IMG/VR virus record: IMGVR_UViG_3300028394_000040
DNA: 64,000 nt
Origin: a virus
Reading direction: 5' to 3' (one strand)
Below are positions 7,044 to 16,372 of the stretch, in pieces (position 1 is the first letter of the stretch; the number at the start of each line of letters is the position of its first letter). The notes under the pieces are model-generated. The model was given only the letters and a program-made list of their open reading frames with translations, had not been told where the DNA came from and did not search any database. Made by a program: the position numbers and the translations under genes.

Positions 7044-8687
7044 CTAGTAACCTACCTGCATATTAGAATTTTCCTCCTCTTTTTCATCTTTTTTCTCAAA
7101 GATTACAGATTCCGTTGTAAGGATCGTACCTGCTACGGAAGAGGCATTTTCTAAAGCTAACCGTGTTACCTTTACTGGATCGATAATTCCTGCTTCTCTT
7201 GCATCAACTACTAATCTTGTTTTAACATTTAAAGTAGCATTTTTTTCTGTTGAAGTAAGAACCTCATACAAAAACTTATATGGATTATCTTCACCAGAAT
7301 TTTCTAATATTTTCTGGAATGGTGCATAGCAAGCAGATTTTATAATTGCTTTAGCAAGAGTATCTTCAAATGAGACTACGTCTTTCGTGTTCTCCTCAAT
7401 GATATTAAATGCTTTGATTAATGCTATTCCTCCACCCTCGACAGTTCCTTCTGCTAAAGCTGCTTTAGTTGCAAACAATGCATCTTCTACTCGGTCTTTC
7501 TTTTCTTTAATTTCGATCTCACTATTACCTCCTACAGAAATGACAGCAACACCTCCAATTAACTTTCCTAAACGTTCTTGAAGCTTTTCTTTTTCGAAAT
7601 TAGAAGTAGCTTTATCTATCTGCTCTTTAATTTCTTCAGCTCGTACTTTAATATCTTCTTCTTCCCCATGGCCGTCTACTATAGTTGTTGACTCTTTATC
7701 TACCGTAACTGTTCTGGCTTTACCTAAAAACTGATCTAATTGATTAGCTGGTAGTTTATCTAACTTAATACCTTTTTCTTTTGAAAGAACTTGTCCTCCT
7801 GTCAAGACAGCCATATCTTCTAAAAGTAGAGTACGTCTTTCACCAAAATCAGGTGCTTTAACAGCTACTACTTTAGCAATGCCTCGCATTTTATTAACAA
7901 TAAGAACAGCTAATGCTTCGTCACCGAAATCATGAGCAACGAGAAGAAGCGCTTTATTCTCGGCATTTGCTTTAGTAAGAACTTGTAGAAGCTCCGCAGC
8001 AGTAGAAATGTTACCATCGTACATAAAAATATACGCATCTTCTAAAACCGCTTGCATAGTATTGTTATTTGTAACAAAATAAGGAGATTTATATCCTTTA
8101 TCGAATTGCATACCCTCTACAATCTCTAATTGAGTTTCTCCAGATTTAGATTCTTCTAACGAAACTAACCCATCACGTCCTACAGCATCTAATGCAGAAG
8201 ATATTAAGTCTCCTATTTCTTCATCGTTGTTACCTGAGATTACAGCTACTTGACGTATTTGATCTTCAGAATCTATACTTAATGAAGCTTTCTTTAACTC
8301 AGCTACAACAAGCTTTACATACTTGTCTATACCTTTTTTAATTTCTACCGGATTAGTTCCTTGAGTAATAAGTTTTAAACCCTCTTGTACCATTACTGTT
8401 GTCAGTAACGTAGATGTTGTTGTACCGTCACCAGCTTCATTAGCCGATTTAATAGCTACTTGCTTTACTAACTGAGCTCCTATGTTCTCGATTTCATCTT
8501 CTAATTTAGCAAAAGCCTTTGCAACTGATACACCGTCTTTAGTTACACGTATACCTGAAGTTGAATCATCTATAAGAACAGTTCTACCTGAAGGTCCTAA
8601 TGTTGAACTAACTGAGTGATTTAATTTTTGAATACCCGATAAAAGCTTTGATTTTAATTCGGTTCCTGATAATGATATTGTTGACAT
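7044..8687 (-). CDS. groEL: Chaperonin GroEL
   Basis: TLGPSGR, TKDGVSVA, AGDGTTT, GMQFDKGY, EKLQERL motifs; no GGM tail. Confidence 0.97.
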   Translation of the reverse strand: MSTISLSGTELKSKLLSGIQKLNHSVSSTLGPSGRTVLIDDSTSGIRVTKDGVSVAKAFAKLEDEIENIGAQLVKQVAIKSANEAGDGTTTSTLLTTVMVQEGLKLITQGTNPVEIKKGIDKYVKLVVAELKKASLSIDSEDQIRQVAVISGNNDEEIGDLISSALDAVGRDGLVSLEESKSGETQLEIVEGMQFDKGYKSPYFVTNNNTMQAVLEDAYIFMYDGNISTAAELLQVLTKANAENKALLLVAHDFGDEALAVLIVNKMRGIAKVVAVKAPDFGERRTLLLEDMAVLTGGQVLSKEKGIKLDKLPANQLDQFLGKARTVTVDKESTTIVDGHGEEEDIKVRAEEIKEQIDKATSNFEKEKLQERLGKLIGGVAVISVGGNSEIEIKEKKDRVEDALFATKAALAEGTVEGGGIALIKAFNIIEENTKDVVSFEDTLAKAIIKSACYAPFQKILENSGEDNPYKFLYEVLTSTEKNATLNVKTRLVVDAREAGIIDPVKVTRLALENASSVAGTILTTESVIFEKKDEKEEENSNMQVGY

Positions 8688-8691
8688 ATTT

Positions 8692-8997
8692 TTATTTTAT
8701 AACTCCTAAAATTTCTGATTCTTTAATGATAATATAATCTTCTCCTTCTACGCTTACTTTCATAGCTGCCATTTTCGGTATTAGTACCTTATCTCCAGGT
8801 ATTAAAATAGAAGCTACGCTTTCTCCTAAATTCCAGTTATATGAAGGGCTGGACGATACTACTACTCCCATTTCAGGTCTCTCTTTACCCATATCAGGTA
8901 AAACGATATTCCCGTAAGTCATTTCCGACTCTTCAACAGGTTTTAAAATAACATTACCGTTCAATGGGGTAATTGACGAAACTACTTGTTCTGACAT
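8692..8997 (-). CDS. groES: Co-chaperonin GroES
   Basis: ITPLNGNVILKP..GNIVLPD..GDKVL..ESEILG; directly upstream of groEL. Confidence 0.93.
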   Translation of the reverse strand: MSEQVVSSITPLNGNVILKPVEESEMTYGNIVLPDMGKERPEMGVVVSSSPSYNWNLGESVASILIPGDKVLIPKMAAMKVSVEGEDYIIIKESEILGVIK

Positions 8998-9000
8998 ATA

Positions 9001-9195
9001 TTAATTGTTTAATGTTTCTGTATAATCGATATCTGGTACTATTTCTAAAAAATACATCTGTCCTTCTTTCAAGAGAACTGTGTCTGCCCCTAATCGGTCT
9101 TTCCAGTATTCAACGTCTGCGTTTAAATCTTGTCTGATTATTTTTTTCAGGATATACAACCTATCGTTAAAGTTAACGAATTGAGATTTAAACAT
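9001..9195 (-). CDS. Hypothetical protein
   Basis: 64-aa ORF preceded by the TATTTATA motif. Confidence 0.65.
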   Translation of the reverse strand: MFKSQFVNFNDRLYILKKIIRQDLNADVEYWKDRLGADTVLLKEGQMYFLEIVPDIDYTETLNN

Positions 9196-9238
9196 AACTA
9201 CTTATATCTTTTATATAAATATATAAAATTTAACTAAA

Positions 9239-11554
9239 CTAGTGCCCATCTCTAAAATTTTTCGCAATTGCAGGAGGTGCTTTTAATGTTACCCCTTCTA
9301 GCTTAGTAGTGTTTTCCATTAAGTCTTGAACGAATTCGGCTACTTCATGTGCGTACTCTTCAGGTACGTTTACTACTAACTGGTCATGCACTTGAGCCTG
9401 TACACGTCCATCTATACCTCTCTTTATTAACTCTCTATTAATAGCTACAGCAGCTCGGTTAACTACGGCGGCAGCTAAACTCTGTAATTGGTAATTTAAA
9501 CAGTTGTTTAATCCGTTACGATAATCTCTGTAAACATTAGTTACTTGCTCTCTTCCATATTGGTCTTCTAAATCTTTTCTAGCTCTCCAATCTAAAATAG
9601 CATCACCCATTAAGTCGTGAATTTTTTTAACAGAAGGTAAATGACGAATACGTCCTACCTTATTACTAATATAACCATGCTCTTTAACAAACTTTCTAGA
9701 CTCTTCTCTCCAACGTTTTAAGTCTGGGAATCCATCTAAATAACCTTGTACAAGTACGTCTGCTTCTTTTTGACTGATCTCTAACGTCTTACTCAGAGCA
9801 AACGATTCCATACCGTATGCAATACCTAATGAGTAAGCTTTAGCTTTATTACGTTTAACCGGGTCTACTTTCTTTAAAAAGTTATCTGCTTTCTTATCAG
9901 CACTAACTCCTTCTAGTTTTTCAGTACGAATAGCTACAGTAGAATAAAAATCATGGTTCTTATTAAAGATCTCTCTTAAATTTTCATCACCAGTTACCGA
10001 AGCAAAGCAGTGAGGTTCTAAAGATTCGTAGTCACAATCGATAAGTATTCGACCTTCTTCTGCTATTAAGAATGCCCTTACTACATTATTATAATGAACT
10101 ATTATAGGTGCAGCTTCTCCATCCTCTTTAGGTTTAGGTAACTGTTGCATATCAGAACCATACCTTCCTGATACAGTTCCGTTTTGCTTAAAGTAAAAGT
10201 AGTACCTACCATCTTCGTGTCTGTCGAAAAACCTATCTACGTAAGTTGACTTTACTTTAAGAAGCTTATTATATATACGTAAATTCTCAGCCCAAGGATG
10301 GTCTTTAGATATCGATTCAATCATATCATCATCGAATTGAGCTTTTCCTTTTGTTGTTGTTGATAATGGTGTTACCCCAAGAACATCAAAAGCTATTTTG
10401 CCTAATTGGTCTTTAGATTGAATATTAAAAAACTTACCTTCATTCTCCTCTTTCCATAACTCTAAGCTAACTTTTAATCTAGTGTTTTGAGGTAAGAATT
10501 TCTCATCACCAGATATTAAAAAATCCTTTATAGCAGATTCTGGTAAAGTTAGTAATGAAGCTTTATTTAAAACATACTTATTAGATTTATCTGATTTAGG
10601 TAGGTCAATGCCTTCTAAGTCACATAGTTTTTGAGCGTAAGTACCTTTGTTATTGCAAGGATAACTCGCAACAGCGGTCTGGATAACCCAAGCTCTTACA
10701 TCGTCAATTTTTAATAATTCTTCTGCAACTAACTTACTATGCTTTAATAAATCTGCCTCTATATCTATTTTAGTTTTCTGCAATAAATCTAGGTCTACCT
10801 TTACTCCAAACTCCTCCATTGGTATAGTTACTTCTTTGTAGATAGGCATTACCTCATCTACGTAAAAGAAATCTACTAAATTCTCTTCTATTAATACTTT
10901 AGAGAAGTGATTAAATATTCTTAAAGTTAAGTCTGTATCAGCTGCAGCATATTCTGATAATATATGTAAGTCTGCTTTATAGATTTCGTAATTAGTCTTA
11001 GTAATAGACCCACCGTTACGTTTAATATTCTCTTTTAGTATTAACTGCTCTTCGTTAGCTTTAGTCTCAATATCTAAACCTATCTCTCTCTGTACCATAA
11101 TAGCAATTTCCTTGAGACCAAAAGGTTTACCACCAAAACCAAAAGCTCCTTCTTCCTTTACCGTATGAACTAATAAAGCCGTATCTGCATGTAAGGAAGG
11201 AATTAAATCTTCACCGTAGAAGTTTTTAGTAAAACGACCGTCAAAAGAAGCATTATGCATAATTAACTTCTTACCGTGAAGTAAACTTAAGGTTTTCTTA
11301 GCTAATGCATGACAGCCGTGACCATCTATTTCACACTCAACTAACTCTTCCTTGTTTCTATCCCATACCATAGTAGGCATATAGAAACCTATACCTTCAT
11401 CACCAGACACAGAGAAACCAATAATCTTTCCTTTACGGACATTAAGACTATTGGTCTCGGTATCGTATGCGATATACTCACTCTCTTTTATATGCTGAAC
11501 TAAAAGTTCAAGAGTAGCTCTATCAGTAACGGTATAATACTTCTTCTCTATCAT
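9239..11554 (-). CDS. polA: Family A DNA polymerase with 3'-5' exonuclease
   Basis: ExoI DTET, ExoII HNASFD, ExoIII YAAAD; GTVSGR; motif A DYESLE, motif B KAYSLGIAYG, motif C VHDQ. Confidence 0.95.
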   Translation of the reverse strand: MIEKKYYTVTDRATLELLVQHIKESEYIAYDTETNSLNVRKGKIIGFSVSGDEGIGFYMPTMVWDRNKEELVECEIDGHGCHALAKKTLSLLHGKKLIMHNASFDGRFTKNFYGEDLIPSLHADTALLVHTVKEEGAFGFGGKPFGLKEIAIMVQREIGLDIETKANEEQLILKENIKRNGGSITKTNYEIYKADLHILSEYAAADTDLTLRIFNHFSKVLIEENLVDFFYVDEVMPIYKEVTIPMEEFGVKVDLDLLQKTKIDIEADLLKHSKLVAEELLKIDDVRAWVIQTAVASYPCNNKGTYAQKLCDLEGIDLPKSDKSNKYVLNKASLLTLPESAIKDFLISGDEKFLPQNTRLKVSLELWKEENEGKFFNIQSKDQLGKIAFDVLGVTPLSTTTKGKAQFDDDMIESISKDHPWAENLRIYNKLLKVKSTYVDRFFDRHEDGRYYFYFKQNGTVSGRYGSDMQQLPKPKEDGEAAPIIVHYNNVVRAFLIAEEGRILIDCDYESLEPHCFASVTGDENLREIFNKNHDFYSTVAIRTEKLEGVSADKKADNFLKKVDPVKRNKAKAYSLGIAYGMESFALSKTLEISQKEADVLVQGYLDGFPDLKRWREESRKFVKEHGYISNKVGRIRHLPSVKKIHDLMGDAILDWRARKDLEDQYGREQVTNVYRDYRNGLNNCLNYQLQSLAAAVVNRAAVAINRELIKRGIDGRVQAQVHDQLVVNVPEEYAHEVAEFVQDLMENTTKLEGVTLKAPPAIAKNFRDGH

Positions 11555-11588
11555 GTCTAAATATAGATTGAAATATTTAAAAAAACAA

Positions 11589-11912
11589 CTACACTTCTTC
11601 TAAAATACCATCTTTAGCAAGTAGTATTAACCTAGGATGTAACGATGTTCCTTTTTTAACTAAAACTGTGTTACCTACTCTATACTGCACTCCTTCTATA
11701 ATGGCATCTTTTAAAAATCTTACTTGACGAGTAGTTTCTTCGTATGGAAATAACTCGTTTAGATACTCCCTACGTTCCTTACATCCACAACCTTCAGCTC
11801 CTGCTAACTTAGCTACAGCATCAGCTAATCTATCTATTCCTAGAAAGTTAGTTACTTTTGCTATAGAATCTCCAAAGCCAGTAGAAGGTTTAGTAGAATC
11901 AAAATCGTTCAT
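11589..11912 (-). CDS. Hypothetical protein with GCGC motif
   Basis: GFGDSIAKVT..GCGCKERREYLN. Confidence 0.7.
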   Translation of the reverse strand: MNDFDSTKPSTGFGDSIAKVTNFLGIDRLADAVAKLAGAEGCGCKERREYLNELFPYEETTRQVRFLKDAIIEGVQYRVGNTVLVKKGTSLHPRLILLAKDGILEEV

Positions 11913-11914
11913 TA

Positions 11915-12460
11915 TTATCTCTGTCTATCGTATTGAAATTGTCCGTTGTAAAGATTCTCTACAGCTACTTCATCGCAATGGTGAAAGTAAATTTGAGCAA
12001 CTCTAGCATCACACTCTATAAATAGCGTACAGTTAACTGTGAGAATACATCCCATGTTCGATGTTTCGAAACCAGGGTCAAAAACAGAACTATGCATTAC
12101 AGCTCCATTCCTTAATAAAGAAGATCTTTGACGAATAAAACCTGCTAGATTAGAAGGTATTTTGCACCCTTCCCAAAACGTAATATCATACACTCCTTCG
12201 TAAAGTAAATAACCTTCTTTACCTTCTATCTTCTTGGTCTCAACAGGTCTGTATACATTCAACTCAGTCTTATCTTTAAAAATAAAACCTATCTGCGGTT
12301 GATTAGAAATGTAATGTCTCGGGTCAGAAATATTCCAATTGACATTACCTATAGCATTAATCGACTTAACTGATAAGTCGTAACCTACTTGTGCTGGTTT
12401 ACCTTTGCTATCCTCTAACTTAAGTATACCTTTTTCTATTATTTGTTCGGCGTTTAACAT
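11915..12460 (-). CDS. Trimeric dCTP deaminase/dUTPase family protein
   Basis: GYDL, RSSLLRNG, FDPGF, RVAQI, YNGQFQ; likely start at 12460. Confidence 0.85.
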   Translation of the reverse strand: MLNAEQIIEKGILKLEDSKGKPAQVGYDLSVKSINAIGNVNWNISDPRHYISNQPQIGFIFKDKTELNVYRPVETKKIEGKEGYLLYEGVYDITFWEGCKIPSNLAGFIRQRSSLLRNGAVMHSSVFDPGFETSNMGCILTVNCTLFIECDARVAQIYFHHCDEVAVENLYNGQFQYDRQR

Positions 12461-12464
12461 TTGC

Positions 12465-13109
12465 TTAATTTTTAGTTTTATAAAGCGCAACAGATGAACA
12501 CATTTCTAAGAAATACTCTTCAGTCCAATTAGACTTTAATTTATTAATATCCTTATGAACCCATTGTACGTTACCAGTAATGTAACCTTTAGTACTGTCT
12601 ATCCTATCTAAAGACGCCGTATTTTTTTGATATCCGTTTTTATTTAAACTACCTAAAGATACGTCCAAAACTATATCGAAACCTGACAATGCACATATTC
12701 CTCTTTGTTTTTCAAATAATTCCCAGATCTCTTCTATTTTAACTGAAAATTCTAAATTCCTACTTTTAGCTCCGTTTTGAATAACTCGCCACATATCACC
12801 TGATATGTCTTTATAACCTTTCCAAATTTTCGATCTCCTTAGTACTCTCTGTTCTACATTTTCGAACTGTTTATACGCGGTAAGTTTTCTAGTTTCAATT
12901 AACTTTATTGCTTTCTCTTCTCCATACCTTTCGATATAGGATTTACCTTTGCTAAATTTTGAAATTGCTTCTACTGTTTCTCTAGAAGTCATTTTTGCGT
13001 TTGGAAACAGCCTTAAATATTCAGCCAACTCTAACCCGTGTTTATCCCTTAAATGAGTATTAGTAACTTTCTTAAATTTAACTTTACATATATTGCATGT
13101 TACCATCAC
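12465..13109 (-). CDS. Free-standing His-Me (HNH/EndoVII-like) endonuclease with N-terminal Zn finger
   Basis: CNIC..THLRDKHG; QRGICALSG..SLDRIDSTKGYITGNVQWVHKDINKLK. Confidence 0.75.
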   Translation of the reverse strand: MMVTCNICKVKFKKVTNTHLRDKHGLELAEYLRLFPNAKMTSRETVEAISKFSKGKSYIERYGEEKAIKLIETRKLTAYKQFENVEQRVLRRSKIWKGYKDISGDMWRVIQNGAKSRNLEFSVKIEEIWELFEKQRGICALSGFDIVLDVSLGSLNKNGYQKNTASLDRIDSTKGYITGNVQWVHKDINKLKSNWTEEYFLEMCSSVALYKTKN

Positions 13110-13153
13110 TTTCTTTCTATATAAATAGTGGTGTTAACACACAAAACGAAAAC

Positions 13154-13864
13154 CTACTCAGAAATTTTATAACTTCTCGTAAACTCATAGAATTCTGCTC
13201 TTGCTGAATCTTCATCTAAGAAGCATCCTGATAGTTTTGCTGTTTTCATGGATGCTCCGTGATGTTTGACACCCCTGCAGGAAACACATGCATGAGTCGC
13301 TTCGATCAAAACGGCTACACCTTGATTCCCTTCGCAGATTTTATTTACTGCATTGTGAATAGCTACTGTTAACTGCTCTTGGATAGCGCCTCGTCTCCCA
13401 AAGTTCTCAACGATTCTATTAAGCTTTGATAAGCCTACTACCCTACCGTTTTCAGAAGCAATATATGCTATATGTACTTTACCTTTTATTAAGCCGTGAT
13501 GATGACTACACATAGAAACCAGTGGAATACCGCCCTCAAAAACGATTCATGTATATCCATCGCTAGGGAATGCAGTAACTTTATCTAAAGGTTCATAACG
13601 ACCAGCCCATAAATGATTAACGTAGGCTTTAGCTACTCGATGAGGAGTTTCGGATGAGTTTGGATCGTTTTCCCAATCACATCCTAAAGCAGATAAGAAC
13701 CAACCGAACGCTTCAGCAGCATCTTCGATAATTATTTGCTTATCTAAATCAGTTAAACGAGCTTCAGGGCCGTTAATTGCTTGTTTGGCTGCCAATTGCG
13801 TTGATATACCATTAGCGAATCCTGCTTGAACTAGTTCAGTTCCTTCAATAAATTTTTTTGACAT
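13154..13864 (-). CDS. folE: GTP cyclohydrolase I interrupted by an in-frame TGA at 13547-13549 (readthrough, pseudogene or sequencing error)
   Basis: ETPHRVAKAY..FPSDGYT*IVFEGGIPLVSMCSHHH..GLSKLNR..QEQLT..HACVSCRG; the two track ORFs are in the same frame. Confidence 0.9.
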
Positions 13865-13869
13865 TTGTG

Positions 13870-13896
13870 TTTGTTTTTAAGTGGTGCTACGACACT
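13870..13896 (-). promoter_or_regulatory. preQ1-I-like riboswitch aptamer upstream of folE
   Basis: AGTG-TCGTAGCAC-CACT-TAAAAA-CAAA, ending 5 nt before the folE ATG; class I preQ1 pseudoknot layout. Confidence 0.6.
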
Positions 13897-13917
13897 ACAT
13901 AACCGAAAGTAAAGTTA

Positions 13918-14340
13918 TTACTTTTTTAAATAATCTTGTATAGTTTCTGAATCTTTATTTTCCCAAGGGAAAACTATCCATGCATTAGAATCAATTGACT
14001 CTGCATAATATTCTGGAATATATTTAGAATTAGTTCTCCAAAGTAGGCTTGCAGTAGTAAATCCACAGTAATGAAAATCTACAAAAGTTTGACCAGAATC
14101 GCATATGTCATCAATAAGCAATGTCTTAGCCCTAATGTCTTCCTTTAACATTATAGCATCTTCTACAGATAAAAATTCTATACCAAGCTTATGTGATAGG
14201 AGTACTGCCGGTATTAATCCACCTCTAGCAGGACCTGTAACATACTTCAAATTTTTATTTAACAATACCCATTTTTCGATAGCATATATGTACTCCTCTA
14301 CTCCCGACCATGACAGGTGAATTTTATCTGGTGTTTCCAT
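13918..14340 (-). CDS. Type I phosphoribosyltransferase (xanthine/guanine PRT-like)
   Basis: ARGGLIPA, LLIDDICDSGQTF, WIVFPWE. Confidence 0.88.
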   Translation of the reverse strand: METPDKIHLSWSGVEEYIYAIEKWVLLNKNLKYVTGPARGGLIPAVLLSHKLGIEFLSVEDAIMLKEDIRAKTLLIDDICDSGQTFVDFHYCGFTTASLLWRTNSKYIPEYYAESIDSNAWIVFPWENKDSETIQDYLKK

Positions 14341-15194
14341 TATACATTAAGTATGCGATCCCAAGCTGAAATGTGCAAACGAGTCAAGCCTGTAAATTTA
14401 TATTTCTTAGCCATTTCCAATACAAATTGAGTACGCTCATGAAAATCATCCTGACTGTCTAGACCTGGCATACAAACTACATTCTTTAAAGGAATGTTAA
14501 ATGGCTCAACGAAATCGCGGAATACTTCTTTAACATCTTCTTCATTAGAGATAACAAACTTAAATTGATAGTTTTGATGCTTCATTATCTGCTCTATAAC
14601 TTCTGGCTTAATACGCTGCTTTACAGTCATACCTGAGTTCTCTAATTTAGGAGAGCAATTAATTTGAGTTAGCCGTACGAACATATCCGGTGAAAATTCT
14701 ACAGTACCGTTAGTTTCAATTTCATTATAAACAAGAAAATCTACTTTTAATAAACCATTACTATAGGATTCGTACTTTGCCCAGTAGTCAATAAAGTTTA
14801 TAATAGCTTCTTGATGTTTTTTCATTGCGGGTTCTCCACCTGTCCAAATTAAATGGATAGTTCCATTTAAAATATCATCGTAGATACCTTGCTCTTTCCA
14901 AGTATCTATTAAGTATTGGAAGTCTTTATTTTCCCCTCTCCATGCCCATTGTGAAGTACTATCACAAGTCCATGTTGCTTTACCTTCTAATTCTAAATCT
15001 CCTTTAAAGATTTCACCATCGGCAAGTTCTTTGCCGTTAATTAAGTTCTTTAAAAATCTAGTAGACATACCACAAGTCAAGTTACACAAACCTAAACGGA
15101 TAAAGTAAGAAGGTACTCCTGTAGATTTTCCTTCGCCCTGTACTGAGTAGAAGTCAGAACTTATTAATAATTTGTTAGGATCTATAGTAGACAT
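14340..15194 (-). CDS. queE: 7-carboxy-7-deazaguanine synthase (radical SAM)
   Basis: FYSVQGEG, FIRLGLCNLTC..WTCDS, TGGEP, IETNG, SPKL, RLH. Confidence 0.9.
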   Translation of the reverse strand: MSTIDPNKLLISSDFYSVQGEGKSTGVPSYFIRLGLCNLTCGMSTRFLKNLINGKELADGEIFKGDLELEGKATWTCDSTSQWAWRGENKDFQYLIDTWKEQGIYDDILNGTIHLIWTGGEPAMKKHQEAIINFIDYWAKYESYSNGLLKVDFLVYNEIETNGTVEFSPDMFVRLTQINCSPKLENSGMTVKQRIKPEVIEQIMKHQNYQFKFVISNEEDVKEVFRDFVEPFNIPLKNVVCMPGLDSQDDFHERTQFVLEMAKKYKFTGLTRLHISAWDRILNV

Positions 15195-15195
15195 A

Positions 15196-15384
15196 TTATT
15201 CGTTGTTAATTTTTTTGTAGACTGAGTTGGTAATGGCTAAAGCCCAAATAGCTAAAAGAACTCTCCACCAAATAGACCAATTAGCTATATTTAAATCCCA
15301 ATTTATAAAGGAAATAATAACATAAGGAATAAATGTTGAGGCAAGAATTAAAATAACATAAGCTAGGAAAGGTAATTTTTTCAT
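15196..15384 (-). CDS. Small two-TM membrane protein
   Basis: Two hydrophobic segments; likely start at 15384. Confidence 0.6.
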   Translation of the reverse strand: MKKLPFLAYVILILASTFIPYVIISFINWDLNIANWSIWWRVLLAIWALAITNSVYKKINNE

Positions 15385-15388
15385 CGAA

Positions 15389-15853
15389 TTAAGGAATGTA
15401 TATTGCTGAATTTCTATCGTTTTCAAAGAATTCTACTTTTGTAACTTGGACTCTTCCTGAGGTCTCTTCTATAACAAAAGGATTAACCTTGCTATAAATA
15501 AACTCAGCGAATTTCTCTGCACCTACATCCGGGAGTAGTCTTAACTGTATTACTCCTAGACCGTCCATAGTTTTGTACCCATTTATACCTGGATCGTCTT
15601 CTGCTACTAAACAAGTATGGTCAAACATATAGTCCATCCACTCTTTAGGATTCTTACCATCTATAGTACCTTTAGCTCTTTTCATGCCGCCAAAATCCCA
15701 TACCCAATTTCGCTCATCTAAATCTCCTTCAAACCATAAACGAAAAGATATACCATATCCATGTATAAATTTACAATGAGTGCCTTCGGCTCTCCACTGA
15801 CGGAAAATAGTACTGTATCCGTCAAACAGCTTTGTTGAAATAAACTTTGCCAT
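15389..15853 (-). CDS. queD: 6-carboxytetrahydropterin synthase
   Basis: CKFIHGY, WDFG, FDH, AEKFAEFI, EFFE. Confidence 0.88.
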   Translation of the reverse strand: MAKFISTKLFDGYSTIFRQWRAEGTHCKFIHGYGISFRLWFEGDLDERNWVWDFGGMKRAKGTIDGKNPKEWMDYMFDHTCLVAEDDPGINGYKTMDGLGVIQLRLLPDVGAEKFAEFIYSKVNPFVIEETSGRVQVTKVEFFENDRNSAIYIP

Positions 15854-15862
15854 AATTTTAAA

Positions 15863-16372
15863 TTAAAGGTATTTACTTATTATATCTAATCTCTCCTCAA
15901 CTGACCCTGTTACTTTAATAATTTTTTCAGTCGGTATATGTTTTTCCATAAAGCTTACTATAACAGCGTCTACTTTATTTTGTAACTCCTCGTTAAGTCT
16001 ATCCGGGTCGTAAACAAATCCGAATTCAATAGGAATATAAAAAAAATGTTCTACCTGTTCCTGTGTTTGGTCAAACAACTTAACCATCTCCGATGTATCC
16101 ATCGTAGGATTAATAATTTGGGTATACAAAATACAGTCTACAATACTTCTAGTCGAGATCACGTACTTATGGGAAAGGTAATTTTGATAAGCCCAAGTCG
16201 ATAACTCATTGATTACTAATTGCTTTTCGTAATCAGAGAAGTCTAACTGCTTAGCTATCTTAAATACAGGTCTAGAAAACCCGTCTGTTACATAATAGTT
16301 AGCAAATTTTTCACTAACAGCTTTTAACAACGTACTCTTACCTACACCATGACTTCCTAATAAGATTTTCAT
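15863..16372 (-). CDS. P-loop nucleotide kinase (AAA_28/NMP-kinase-like)
   Basis: N-terminal Walker A GSHGVGKST; TRSIVD; GSVEERL. Confidence 0.75.
   Translation of the reverse strand: MKILLGSHGVGKSTLLKAVSEKFANYYVTDGFSRPVFKIAKQLDFSDYEKQLVINELSTWAYQNYLSHKYVISTRSIVDCILYTQIINPTMDTSEMVKLFDQTQEQVEHFFYIPIEFGFVYDPDRLNEELQNKVDAVIVSFMEKHIPTEKIIKVTGSVEERLDIISKYL

Noticed and set aside
13547-13549. Genome-wide TGA or TAG reassignment
   Set aside because: TGA ends genes in ATGA overlaps, TAG ends full-length genes such as groEL, and other conserved genes are uninterrupted
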